Origin: the human T2T-CHM13v2.0 reference genome, Homo sapiens
DNA: 64,000 nt
Strand: one strand, 5' to 3'
NCBI RefSeq assembly: GCF_009914755.1
Contig: NC_060947.1
The notes beneath the pieces were generated by a model that was given only the letters and a program-made list of their open reading frames with translations, was not told the DNA's origin and did not search any database. The position numbers and the translations under genes were made by a program. Below are positions 28,111-41,794 of the stretch, one piece after another. Positions within the stretch are counted from its first letter, which is position 1, and each line of letters starts with the position of its first letter.

Positions 28111-28999
28111 CTTGTACCTGGCCTCTGTTACTATTTTCTCGATGTGTTAATCTTGTTCGTCACCTAGAAGACCTTAAGCTGCTAAAGGCTCAGTGTCATA
28201 TATTCTTTGAACTACTCAAAACATTTAACACAATGTTGAGCATATTGTTAATCCATATGGATTGGGTGTATTGATTTAGCAAAATTTAAGTTAAACTTTG
28301 AGATATGATTGAGAGAACTGACAAGGTAGTTCAAGCTCACCTCTCCAGGACCTACATATTTGAAACAGCATTGGCATTGACTTCTTCCTTTCCAAATGAC
28401 ATTCTTCTGGATGGGTTTAATTTACTGTGGGTTAGGATAATTGGGAGAGGATGAGACCACTACCTGGGAGAGTTAATGGCTGAAGATATTACTCATATTC
28501 TTCATTGGAAGTTAATGCATGAGTAATTCTCGAGTGGCTTAACCAGGCCCTAGATTTCACTGGGGAGATTATGATTTTAATTTAACATATCCTGCCATAC
28601 AGTGTGTGAAATATGCAGCCAGCAGCGATCGCTATGAGATGAAAGCCCAGTTGTGTTTATTTTAAGAGACTTGTGGTTCTTTGCCAAAGCCAACATTCCT
28701 GGGCAGTGAATAGACTGAGTGAATCATTCAAAGTAGGTGAGAGGTCACAAGCCTGAAAAAAAAAGAAGAAGAAAGCTGAAAGCTTTTCCTGTCAAATAGC
28801 AACCTTTGAAAAGGCATTTATAAAGCAAAATCTATTATGGAAATAGGTCTTTTCAAGATGAATCTTCTGCCTGTAAATCCTAAAGAATTCTTCTTTAGCT
28901 CCAGATAATTAGCCCTGTTGTTGTTCACCTTTCCTGGAAATCAGGGCAGAGAAATACTCTAGTTCCTATCTCTGGCTCTGGACAATATGCCCTCATTAG

Positions 29000-29334
<335 letters not shown>

Positions 29335-29509
29335 AGTATTCATGTTCTTGAGGGCAGTATAGACACTTTATTTGTGAGAAGCAGGCTGGCATACTGCCCA
29401 TGACTTTAATGAGTGTCAGACAAATCTTCATCACCAACACTGGATTCCTTATGTATCAAGCATTATGGAATATCAACAAGGGCCAGGCATGACATTAAAG
29501 GCTCAGGAT

Positions 29510-29680
29510 ATGACAACTATTTATTAAGCACCTACTGTGTAGCAGGCATCTATTTAATCCTCTCCCATCGAATAAGATGGGTATTCTAAATTTCCACTTA
29601 GCAGATGAGGAAACTGAAGTTTGTGGAAGTGAAGTCACGTAGTTGGTTAGTGATCAAGATAAGATTCAATACTGAGAAGG
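29510..29680 (-). mobile_element. MIR
   Basis: tttattaagcacctactgtg...cagatgaggaaactgaag core. Confidence 0.75.
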
Positions 29681-31339
29681 AAGAAAAGAACCCTTTCTAC
29701 TACCACCAACAAAAATAGTGGAATAAAAAAGAGTATGCAGTTCATTCTCTGACTATATGAAATGCAACTTCTATCTTTATATGAACGACAAACAACGAAC
29801 AAAGCAAATCCTGCCATTCACTATACCGTAGAACATCAGGATGGAAGATGCCTTCTGTGAGCCCAGCCTTAAGAGAAATCAAAAGGAAACAAATCACAAA
29901 AGATACACAAAGTTGGGCCTGTGAGTGAACAGGGCCGGAAACTTGAACTCCAGTGACATGACATGCATAGCAGAAATCCATCCCAGTTATCCCTTGAGAT
30001 ATTCCTTGAGATGAAATGCTGGAGCTTCCAGAGGCTCCATTGAAAATACAGGGCCTCTGGAAGGGGAACTCAATAGGCTGTATCAGATTTTCCCTAAATT
30101 GTTTCATTTGGTAATTAGTCATCATCTTATGGAGCAGGAAGAACCTGGCTGAGGGCCCAGTGGGATGAATCCCAGTGGGATAGACTGGCGCACCTCACTG
30201 AAACTGGGTATGATGGAAAGTTCTGGGGCAGGAACAATTTAGGGAAAGCAGTTCCAGGTGGAGGGCAGTCCTTGGGAAGCAGGAAGGCTCCTTCTCAGTG
30301 GTGGGGTACAAAGCTCTAGAAGGGAGTCTCAAGTAGAAAGATGGAAGTTAAATTCACCAGAGCTCATCTGTGGGGGCAACAGTGAGGGTGAGCAGTTGGG
30401 GAGCATCTTTTAAAGGTTCACATCTGGGCTGTCAATTGAGTTTTGGTGGTGATAGGGTGTGGATTGTGTGTTCACGCACATGCAGGTAAAATTTTCTTTT
30501 AATGAATATTTTGTCAGAGCCTTCACTTTCCCTTTTATTACCCTTCAGTGGATACGTTGGGGAACATATACTGGAAGAGGCTTTTGAGAGCTGTGCTTTG
30601 TGGGAATATTCTTGGCAAGCCCTGAGTGTAGACACGGCCTCAGCTGATGATTCTCCAGGGAAACCTGGGTGTTCCCTTCATTTTCAGGTGGGGGATTTGG
30701 AGACAACACAGACCTCTACATGAAGGACTGATGCATGTGTATGTTCAGGAGGGGGTTGGGGAAACATTTGGGGGTGATTTTCCTCTGGTCCCTTATGGCT
30801 TTGGTGGTACCTCCTGTCTTCCTTTGTTTCTCCCCATCTCCCTGACCACTGTCTCCCTAGCCCCCATGCCAGATTGATGGAGGTAGCATCTTTTGTGATT
30901 TATTTTCTTTTACCCTTTCCTAAAACCTAGCTGATTGAAGACACTGCCCCAGTCATTTCCAACATACTCTGCTGCCTCTTCAGCCTGTCATGGGCTCTCC
31001 TGATTCAGAGCAGAGGTGGATACTGGCAAGGGACAGGCAGCCCCTAGATGAAGGTTGAGCTGATGGTGGCTGCTTTTACATAGTTTGGAGAACAGGTGAG
31101 AGAGAGGAGGGCAGCAGTCTCTGGTACAGAGCCCTGGAGGGGACAAAGGAGCAGCAGCCACAGCACAGCCTGTGGGGAGGGAAAAGGAGAGGGGATTGTG
31201 AAGCTGAGCATCTAGCTTCTAGCCAACCTATGAACTACAGAGCTGGCTGTAATCAGCTCCATACACACTGCTTCTTCTTAGAGAACATACAAAGCAAAGC
31301 ATGAATGTAAGTTGATCATATATATAATTATCAATTATG

Positions 31340-32230
31340 TATTTAGCATTTGTTTATGTATTTAATGAACACACATAGGATTGACTGTATCCTAGGCGTT
31401 ATCCTAAGGGCTTTATAAATAATAACTCACCGAATTCATCACAACTATATGAAGTAGTACTAACATTATCTTCATTTTACAGATTAGTAAGTGGCAGAGC
31501 CAGATACAAACCCCCAAGAATAATGTACTTTGCTACATTACGTCTTTTGCTAGCATGTCAATGAGAAAATGAAGGAAGTGCCTAGCACTAAATATACCAT
31601 GTAAAAATAATAATTGTCATTATTATTATTATTAGCTAGTGCTCCACTCCTATAATACTTGCAGATGGCTTAAGCACCTGTGAAGAAACAGTTTAGCACA
31701 GTTCCAGCTCTGGAAGCCTCGGTTCAGATATTGATTCTACTACTCATTAGCTGTGAGATATTAGACAAGTTACTTAATCTCTCTATGCCTCAGTTTCTTA
31801 ATATGTAACATGGAAATGATAATAGTCTTTGCCTTGTCGGTTTGTTGTGCATATTAAATAAGGTAATGTTTGTACAGCACTTAGAAAAATGCCTGATACA
31901 CAGTAAGTGCTCAGTAAATACTTGTTCATGTTACTACTGTTTCAACTGAATTAAATTAATTTTCATTTTTCAGAGCTTCTTTTCATTTAGTCAGTCACTT
32001 ATTTCCAGAGATTTCCTGGTGATGTTGCCTCACATTTATTTGTGGAAATGCCAGTATGTTTTAAGCTTGCAGGTGAGTTACTCCATTTAATTTTGAAGTT
32101 GCTGGGGCAGGTATTGTCCCCTTGTAAAGAATGTGGAAACTGAGGCCAGAGAGATGAAATGACTAGATCAAGCCTATATAGCCAGTCATGGTAGGTTTTT
32201 GACTAATATTCCAGAGCTCTTTCCAACATA
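31340..32230. mobile_element. Cluster of MIR copies (~31340-31520 -, ~31690-31930 +, ~32080-32230 -)
   Basis: MIR core motifs such as caagttacttaatctctctatgcctcagtttc and gaaactgaggccagagag. Confidence 0.75.
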
Positions 32231-33095
32231 TGCACACCCATACCTATCCCCCTACCCACACACAGACACACCCTTGGTCTCCCTAATCTGGTGTCGCCTG
32301 ACCTAAATTCTTAAATCTCTTGCTGTCCACATTAGTAGAGACCTATTTTCTCCATGTGCTTCTTTGGAAGATGATGAAGAAGTAACCCTCTATAGACTCT
32401 GCTCCCTCCTTCTCCCCTTTTCCCTCCATTTCACATTTACAGCTTTAGGGACTCACTAAAGCCTGCTTTCAGGGCTAAGAGCCAGACCATTTCCTATGTG
32501 GGATTTTCAGGGAATGATAAAGGTAACAGGACTAGAGACTGCTTTATCATGAATGTTGTTTTTTATGTCAATGCTGAGCCCAAATCATGGACCTCACATT
32601 TAATTTTTTAGGCAGTAAGTTTGGACTAAATCCAGAGCTTGGCCTTTTACTTTCAGCACTAAGTAGAAGAGATATGAGGGCTGATGGATTGGAGAGGCCT
32701 AGTTGGAGAGTGACTGGAGGGGCTGGACTTGGCCTTGTGCTGCACGGAGATCTGCCTTGAGATCCAACCAAGGACTCTGGGAGGAAAGAGAGGTTTGGGT
32801 TTTGGGGATATGCCTGTTGCTTCTAGGAGGGCAACTGGGGTTCCCTTGCATATGGTTCCAGATCAAGTTTCATCTCTTTGGCCACAGGACATTTTCTTAA
32901 GCTCCATGGCTGGGTAGTTGCTGCCTGGAGAGGAGGTGTTTGCTATAAGGGCCTCAGCACATGGAAAGTCTGCTGCATTGGTGTCACCCTGTGCTCTCCA
33001 ACTAGCCCTTGGCCCCTTATGCTGCCCCCATCCCCTGCTTTCTGACCAGAGTCCTCCTCAAAATACAAATCTTCTTATATCCTCACTTGATATAA

Positions 33096-33160
33096 GAATA
33101 ACTACTGTTGAATAACTACTGTTATTGAATAACAACAGTATAACTTGAATAACTACTGTT
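33096..33160. repeat. Short complex tandem/inverted micro-duplication of gaataactactgtt
   Basis: Three direct copies (33096, 33110, 33147) plus inverted pieces. Confidence 0.85.
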
Positions 33161-33475
33161 CTCTGGATCTAGCTTTGTGTTTTCTAACCTGGTAAGCAAA
33201 TTCTCACAGGGCTTTGTGGTCGTCAATGATCATGGATTTTAATGTCACCTTCCTCATGTTAGTCAGAGTTTTCTGGAAGCAAAACCTTACCTGAAAAATT
33301 GAAGCTAATGATGGAATTTCAGGCACTGGTATAGACCCCAATGCCTTTCAAATGATTCTACCCAGAATGCTTACTCTTCTGCCCACCCATAGAACCAACT
33401 CTGAATTCCTATGTAATCAAAGACATAAGCTTTTTTGATGAAAACCCTAGAAAGGTAGTACAATGTGGTGGTTGG

Positions 33476-33768
33476 ATGTTCTCACTCATAAGTGGGAGTT
33501 GAACAATGAGAACACATGGACACAGGGAGGGGAACTTCACACACTGGGGCCTGTCGGAGGGTGGGGGCTAAGGGGAGGGAGAGCATTAGGACAAATACCT
33601 AATGCATGCGGGGCTTAAAACCTAGATGACGGGTTGATAGGTGCAGCAAACCACCATGGCACATGTATACCTATGTAACAAACCTGCACGTTCTGCACAT
33701 GTATCCCAGAACTTAAAGTAAAAAAAAAAAAAAAAAAAAAAACCAAAAACCAAAACAAAACCAAAAAA
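33476..33768 (+). mobile_element. Short 5'-truncated L1PA7-like 3' end with A-rich tail
   Basis: gagagcattaggacaaatacctaatgcatgcggggcttaaaacctagatgacggg; A22 then (C1-2A4-6)n tail. Confidence 0.92.
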
Positions 33769-34934
33769 CACAGGTACTCACTAGGAAAAAAAAAGATTAA
33801 TTATTCTTATGTAAGCTGTCTTTACGTAATAAAGCTAAATAAGTGAAGTGAATCCAGGTACTACTTAAATTTTAAGGAAACACTTTCAGAAAAAAAAATG
33901 TGGTGGTTAAGATTAAGGATCAGGGAAGTGAAATGCATCCCACCTTCATTTACGTTTTTCAACCCATTCTGTCTAGTGTGCGCCACTCCATTCTCCCTGG
34001 TCTCCCTGATTATACATTGTTTCTTTCCAGTTTCTTCAGGCTTGACCCCATGGTCAGTGACGGGGACTTGGCACAGGTAGGGAACAATCTCTCTGTGTAG
34101 CTTACTAGCAGGCTTCATTGCCTGTGAAGGTGCTCAGTCATAGCCCATGCAGCAACTCTGCATGGTTAGTCTGCTGCTGAAAGGATGCCTGCTTCTGCAT
34201 CACGATAGAATTTAGTTGTGGTTAAAGATCCCCCCAGTCTTGAGATTCTGTGAACCTTCCTGCCTCCCACCTCTCACCTTCACCAATGACTGGCCCTCCT
34301 GAGTGAGGCTGACAATGGAATGTGAGAGGCAGATGCTGAAGTTCCCTCACCCTTCTCTTAAGCACTGTCTGTGGAGATGAGAGGAAGTTCATGATGGAAA
34401 GTCACCTCAGCAGTGAGTGGTTTGGGAGTAGTAAGTAGTATTCGTTTCAAATGCCAAACTTAATTTGAAAAGGTAGCCTCATAATGAATGTCACTGTGCA
34501 TGGGAGTGTTCTCAGGGATGACTCCATTTTTCTGGGATGACAGGTGGGAAGAGCCACCCAGGACTTAACAATGACGCTTCTGTGTGACAGACTGGACAGA
34601 AATCAAGCATTCTCCTGAGGCCATGACTTTTATGTTTGTCTCATGAAGTCTGAGAGAGGCAGTAGATTGGAAGAGGGGGAGTTACATGCCACAAGCAACA
34701 GGGGGCAATCTGTTCAGCGATCAGGGAGAATGGAGTGGCAATAAATCCTTGCCTGAATGCTGCGGACAGGAAAACCATGCCCCAGATGGCAGCATAAACA
34801 TTCCATTATGCATCAGATGCTTGGCAGAGGACATTTGGGTCCTTGCTTTCTTCCCCAGGCATCAGAACCTTCCCTCTGAGGGCCCACAGACAGAAGATAA
34901 GGCCAGATGCCAGGCCCCAAAGGACAGGCAATGA

Positions 34935-35450
34935 AGCATAGTAAAAAATGGGGGCACTAGGTGAGGATTTTAGGTCTAGTCCACTGTTTACCAACTGTGT
35001 GACCTTGGGCTGGTCTTTCAATCTCTCTGAGCCTTTCTGTCTTCATCTGAAAGATTATGATATGATTTCTACTTTGTAGGGATACAGTGATGGCTAGATG
35101 AGCATCATAGGTTGTGTTCTGCAGAAGTAGAGCTTGCAGTAATAATTCTGTGCCAATGATTTATTAAGAACGTGCCCCCAGGGGAGATCAGTAAGGCAGT
35201 GGGGGAAGTAAGACAGGGGTGAGAAAGAAGCTAAGCAAGTCTCAGCTTCAGCTTGATCCTGCAGGAGAGCTCAACAGGGTACATTATACACTCAATTAAC
35301 TCAACTTGGAGGGTGTTGGCTTTCCTATTCCAGTCAGTTACCAGCCAAAAGCCTGAAGGTAAGGGGTGGTGGTGAATGTAAACTCCCAGGCATTTCCAGT
35401 TCTCCGTATCTGAGGGATGGCTCCAGGTTTGGTGTGGGCTGTTAGAAGCC
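34935..35450. mobile_element. MIR (~34935-35100) and LTR16-like fragment (~35105-35450)
   Basis: ctgtgtgaccttgggc MIR motif; cataggttgtgttctgcagaagtagag...gatttattaag LTR16-like. Confidence 0.6.
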
Positions 35451-36539
35451 AAAGGACGCTGAAGCTGGGAGAGGAGTTCATAGAAAAAAAATATAAGGAA
35501 TAAAAGGATCTGGACCAGAAACTAAAAATTACAGTGTCTAAGGGAAAAGCCATTTCTTTCTTCCACTAAGCACACTGTACTCTGTCCTGGAATGAGACAG
35601 AGAATAGACATACTGAATGGTCCATATTAATCCCTTTCAGAATCGCCTTCACTGTGTGGTGCTTCATACTATGAAAGACCAGCAAGGAAAGACATCTAGA
35701 AACACATCGTATTAAGAAACATTAGGTTTGTTGAGCTAGTTGCCACAAAAGAGAGAATACAGAGGAATCCTAAGGCCCTTGGAAAGAGGGAGCAGGCAGG
35801 GGCCCCTCATTGGGATTAGGCTTACTCCAAAAGATTCTCAGGAGGAATTAGGAAGCAGGGACCAATTATGGATTGGACGCTCTCAAGAAGCAGGGGCAAT
35901 TTTGTGTTTGGGCATCTCAATAGTTTTTATACAGAACAAATAAGGCTGGAGCTGTCACAGGTAAGGGAACAGCAGTCACTCATGTTATTCAGAGAAGGAG
36001 AACGTTTAGTTATTTTTGTGATTACTGGGTGGCTTTATCTTTATCTTGTTCCAAATATGATCATGGAATGGTCTTGTCCCAGCACTGTTTATGTTAGTTG
36101 AGAACATCATGGTCTGGCTGCCAGCAGGACCATTTCTCACTCTCTCTGGTTGTCGGCAGGGATGTATTTTATTTCCTTCCTCAATGGCATATACTTTTTT
36201 CTCATCAAAGTTAAAAGAAACAGCCCTGCTAGTTCTACAGCAGCAGTACAAATTCTAAGGAGCATGCTAGCCCTTGTGCCACCTGGAATATGGCACAAAA
36301 TATCCCATAGGAATTTCATTCAAAATTTAATACCAAGAAAAAATATCTACTTAAGGAATGATAGTCTTTCTTCTTCATGATAGCAAGGTCTAGGCAACAC
36401 ATCCTACTTTTTTCTTCTTCGTCTGCCTTTTAGGATGCCCAGAGCCATATTTGAAGCTCCTTTGACCTTTTTGGTTTGCACATATGCAGTCAATTTTCTC
36501 CCTGATATTAATTTTCTATTTCTATTTGGCTATTTTTTT

Positions 36540-37700
36540 GTTGTTGGCTTCTTCAGATCAAATTGGTGAAGGAATGAATAAATTCTGCATTAAGCCATGT
36601 TGCACAGCTTGAAGCGAACACAAAATTAGATCGTGCATTAGTTCCCAGTTATTTTATGAATGTAACGTGCCTCTCGTAATTTAAGAGGAGAGCATCTATC
36701 TTTTCTTTCTTCAATTTCCTTCCTTCCCATAACATAGCACAAAGAAATGTTAAATAGATATTATTTGGAAACTTTGTTTTTGATGGAAGATAGTTTGGGG
36801 ATTCTTGCAGGCAGACAGTAGAGGTCACCATGGAGCTGTGCATGATGGAGCGGCCTCTCATGGACCTGGTAATTTAGCTGGATCGGTCTGAAATTGCATG
36901 AGGTTTAATCATTCAATTCAGATGAGTATACTTTTTGCTCTGGTCATTCAACAGACAGCACTTTGTGATGGTTGCCTTCATGTCACTTTGCTAATACAGT
37001 TGTTTGGAGGAGAGAAAGCAGCTTTTATATATTGTTTATTGAAAAAAAAAAATCCATCTTAAGCACTAAGGAACTCTGGGAAAAATGGTTACAAAATGTG
37101 TTTACTTAAATATTGTGAAACGAGGATGGAAATTCGCAGTGCAGGGTATTTGTCATCTGCTCATGACTAGCAGATGGCCGCCTCCTCCTCATCCTCCTTT
37201 GCGAGCCGAGTGACTCACATCTTACAGGGTGTGCAAAATGAAATTTCGAAACTCTCCAGAGTAGAGGTGGCAGTGCCATAACTCCATGCAGGAGGAGTGT
37301 GCCAGCCAGATTACTTTGCCAGCCAGCATGCTGCCAAAACTTCACAAAATGTCTCTCATTGGAAAAAAAAAAATGCGTTTGGATGTCTCTCCACACATGT
37401 TCAATCCACCATCTCTGAAAGGATACAGGGTATATTTCAGGCTGTGGGGAAGCCTGTGTGGGTGAAAGGGAGCAGGTGGTCTGCCGGCCCGGAGCTGGGT
37501 AGTAATCATTTCTACCAAGGTGAATCACAGAAGATGGGCTCACCTGTTTTGGCTTGTCAGCCCCAGAATGTTTGCAGGTCTGCCTCCAGCCATCAACAGA
37601 GCTGTCATATGCTCTAATAAATAAGAGATTAAATACAGTTTAAAGAGATACAAGTCATTTACGTTCAAAGTTTTTCTTTTTCTCTTTTGTTTAATTAAAA
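36540..37700. promoter_or_regulatory. Repeat-free block, candidate conserved enhancer
   Basis: No recognisable repeat; more retained CpGs than flanks; TAAT/ATTA cores, paired CAGATG E-boxes (37154-37176), AP-1 TGACTCA (37211-37217). Function is inferred only. Confidence 0.35.
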
Positions 37701-37799
37701 GAAACTCCAGATCTGCTACACCAAAAAATAAAGGCTGTATTACAGGCAATTGTACTTGTTTTAAAAATAGAGCCCTGCCAGTCAGGTGGACTAACAGAT

Positions 37800-38537
37800 A
37801 ACTTGATTTTTAGCTGCAGATTCTACTTTCCTTCATCTGATAGCTAGTCACCGAAGATTTCTCCCTCATCTCCACCCCCCACCAATGAACTGCACCTCCC
37901 AATATTTACCCCTTTGTGTAGTATCCTCCTTTTGAAGTCAAAAGAAGTCTTTGAGCTTTCACCTGGGTCTCTTGGAACACGTGCTCTGGAGGAAACCCAC
38001 TGCCATGTAGGAAGTCTGACTACCCTGAGACCTCTATGTTTTGAGGGAGCCACATGTCACATGAAGAGACTGCATGGAGAGAGAAATTCCTGGCAAGCCC
38101 CTAGGTGTTTCAGGCTGTTGAACAAGATGTGACTAAAGAAGCCATCTTCAACATCCAGCCTAGTTGAGTCTTCTGATGACTCCAGCCGCCATCTACTGCA
38201 ACCACCTGAGAGAACCCAAGAACTACCTAGCTGAGCCCAGTCAACCCATACAACCATGACAGATAATAATACAGACGGTCCCTGACTTATGGTGGTTTGA
38301 CTCATGATTTTTCAACTTTAAGATGGGACACAATCATTCACATTCAGTATGCTCTTTGACTTATCTTGGGGCTAAGTCTGAATAAACCCATCATAAGTTT
38401 AAAATATTACAAGTCAAAAGTACATTTTCAACTTATAATGGGTTTATCCAGATGTAGCCCCATGGTAAGTCAAGAAGCATCTGTAAATTATTTTAAGCCA
38501 CTATGACGTTTTCCCCAAAACATAGATAACCTAAACA
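37800..38537 (+). mobile_element. MLT1G/H-like solo LTR interrupted by a MER47-like MITE
   Basis: ctgccatgtaggaagtctgactaccctgag, ccagcctagttgagtcttctgatgactccagcc, end gataacctaaaca. Confidence 0.75.
38272..38483. mobile_element. MER47/Tigger5-family MITE
   Basis: TIRs cagacggtccctgactta / taagtcaagaagcatctg with TA target duplication. Confidence 0.8.
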
Positions 38538-38546
38538 CTGTGACAC

Positions 38547-38549
<3 letters not shown>

Positions 38550-38588
<39 letters not shown>

Positions 38589-38612
38589 AGAGAGAGAGAC
38601 AGTGAGAGAGAG
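38550..38612. repeat. Compound (CA)n(GA)n microsatellite
   Basis: Seen directly. Confidence 0.95.
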
Positions 38613-40349
38613 ATCAAGTGGCTAAACAGTAACTGATTAGCAGATTATGTTAAAACTTAGTAGTTGGAAGCACTTTTGTTGTGGCTTGAACCTCAAATAT
38701 TTTCTAGGAGACCTTAGACTCTAGTGGTATGATGAACAGAAACTCGTGAGTATATATAACACAGTGAATTTAAAAAATGCTCTTTGGTGCTGCATGAGAT
38801 GGGGGCATACTCTATGAAGCTAAGGAGTAGCAGAGAACCTGGAAGTAATTAAATACAGCAGTACACTTGTCAGCCGTGGGGCCTCCATTCTTTGTTTATG
38901 TTGAGTACCTAGCCATCTGAAACATGTAGGTAACTGGAAGATGAAAAAAAAAGGTCCTGACAAGTTATTTAGAGTAATGAAGAGAGAATGTTATCAAAAA
39001 AGATTAAAGGTTCTGTATTAGGAGAGCCTAGCTGAACAATGGTTAAGGAATGGCAGCATGCAAGAATGTTAGTGCCAAAGAGAAAGACACATATTAGTCA
39101 TTTGTAGGATCGGGTTACAGCCAATGAGAGAGGGAGAAGAAGGGGCACAGAGAGCAAGGGAGTCAAGAGGAACAGACCTAGGATGTATAAATGGTAGCAT
39201 TTTTAGGTTAAAATCTTTCCAGTCAACCACAACCGTTACATTGAAACAAGCAAAGTTTGGTGTAGCAGAAAGGGTACCAAAACACAAATTGGAAGGTCTT
39301 TGTTCAGCTACTAACAGGTAGTATAAACCTGGCAAGTCACTTATCCTCTCCAGGTCTCAAGAAGACATATCATAAATTATAAAGGATTTTACAAAGGCAA
39401 AATATTATTGTGAATTATAAGAAAATTAGGAGTTGTACTTTATGAAATCTAAACTTCCTTTCAGCTGTAAAATCTTGTGATCCTAAACTATGAAAACAGA
39501 AGACAGTTTTAAATTTTAAAAATTAGATAACTAGGCTTGTAAACTGAAGTATGTATAAAATCTGTTATTGAAATTAGGTAATACATATAGAAAAAAATTT
39601 AGGAAAGGGCAAGGATCTTTATTTTATTTCCTGATATATCCCAAGCATTTTGAACAATGCCAACACGTGGCAGGCACTAATAAAAATACTTGTAGACTAC
39701 ATTAATAAGCAATTCCTGAAAAACCTAGGGAAAAAGTGACCTAAAAAGTAGTCATATCCACTATGTCTGTCCTTATCTTTTGTTTTTACAAGTTTTTCTC
39801 AGTTCTATTGCTTTGGCAGACACTGATAGCCAAATTTCTAAACAATACTTAGTCTTGCTTCTCTTTCTCATTTTAAAAGATAAATAAGGAAGCATATATT
39901 TTTCCCGATTAATGTTAATTCCTTAACTTATGATTTTTTATTTAAACGTTTTTAAAGAAAAAATTCAAACACATAAAGTAAATAGAATATCCCTTACCCA
40001 GATTCCGTAATTATCCACATTCTACAACTTTAGTTTCATTTATACTTCCACTACTTCTTACTCCCACTGGACTATATGTGATTGTGTTTTAAAGTAGATT
40101 TCCCCCCATCTAATAAAACAGAAGCTATTAACTGTTTAGTATTCTGCTTATCTTATCCTAGTGTACTCATTCGTGGTGTTTCAATTTCCCAATTTTTCAG
40201 TACATTACAAAGTTGCAAAGAACATCCCCAGGGTGCTATTTTTTCTGACTCTGGATTAAGTAACATTGCAATAATTTTAGAAAGGCTCTCTCTTAATGAT
40301 TCCTTTGTATCTAGGGTTTCATAGCTCTTCTCTTTAGAAAGGGATTCAC

Positions 40350-40890
40350 ATCAGTCAGGGTTCTTGGTTGCAAACATCAGAACTTACTATGGTTGGTTAG
40401 GCAGAAAATATGTCTAACATATATTATTAGATGTCTCAATAGAACCTCTTGGAGGAACAGACCAGCCTCAAAGATATATGGGAAGGCACAACACCAAAAT
40501 GATGCTGCAGGATGGGTCCAGAAAGGATGCCACCATTGTGACCACTGGGCACAGACACCACAAATTGTCCCATTGATCCTGGACATGGATGCTGAACTGC
40601 TGCCATCACTGCCCCTGAAAGTCATTGCTTCTGCCATCATTTTCTTTAGAGACTGGTGAGACTCCACAGAGTTTAGAGACTCCACAGTGTCTGTTTCCTC
40701 ATATTTGTCTCTTTTAAACTCATGTGAGTGCACCTCATTGGCTGAGTCTAATACAAATATTTACACCTTAGCTTCAAGAAAGGCTGGGAAAGTGAGTTTG
40801 GGACTCCTGTGTTGGGAAAGCAAAGCTCATAAGGTGAGCCATTCCTCAAACTCAGGTGTTCCAAAGGTCTGGATGGCTGCAAATTATGAC
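40350..40890 (-). mobile_element. Old MLT1 (K/L-like) LTR
   Basis: tcagtcagggttcttggttgcaaac start typical of antisense MLT1K/L. Confidence 0.6.
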
Positions 40891-40971
40891 ATGTGTTTAT
40901 TAACATATCTTTAAATCTAAAATGATCTTTGAAGGAATTCTTAGACTGTATGAAAGGGAAAACACAGCTGA

Positions 40972-41330
<359 letters not shown>

Positions 41331-41515
41331 AAAAATTGCAATTCTTTTAGTTTTTTTGTTGTTCACCTATACTATTTTACCTTGCTTTAATATCTTTTAT
41401 CTTCTAGATCCTCTCTAAAACCTTCAAACCTCTCAATCATCTTAGAAGTCTTCCCCATGTAATAGCATTCCCTCTTCTTCTCAGCCTCCCCTGGTCTACC
41501 ACCTTGTAGTTTTTC

Positions 41516-41794
41516 CTTTTCTTTTTTCTTTTTTGTATTTTACTTTAAGTTCTGGGATACATGTGCAGAACATGCAGGTTTGTTACATAGGTATGCATGT
41601 GCCATGGTGGTTTGCTGCGCCTATCAACCCGTCATCTAGGTTTTAAGCCCCGCATGCATTAGATATTTGTCCTAATGCTCTCCCTCCCCTTGCCCTGCCC
41701 CCCCAGCCCCCGACAGGCCCCAGCATGTGATGTTCCCCTACCTGTGTCCATGTGTTCTCATTGTTCAACTCCCACTTATGAGTGAGAACATGCA
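41516..41794 (-). mobile_element. Short 5'-truncated L1PA7-like 3' end
   Basis: ctaggttttaagccccgcatgcattag; degenerate TSD taccaccttgtagtttttc / tactaccttaaagtttttc. Confidence 0.92.

Noticed and set aside
33096-33160. Repeat-spacer-like pattern suggesting a CRISPR array
   Set aside because: 14-bp units, no unique spacers, eukaryotic context, no cas genes
37106-37617. 145-aa and 106-aa ORFs in the repeat-free block
   Set aside because: No recognisable protein similarity or convincing exon structure; a non-coding role is more plausible
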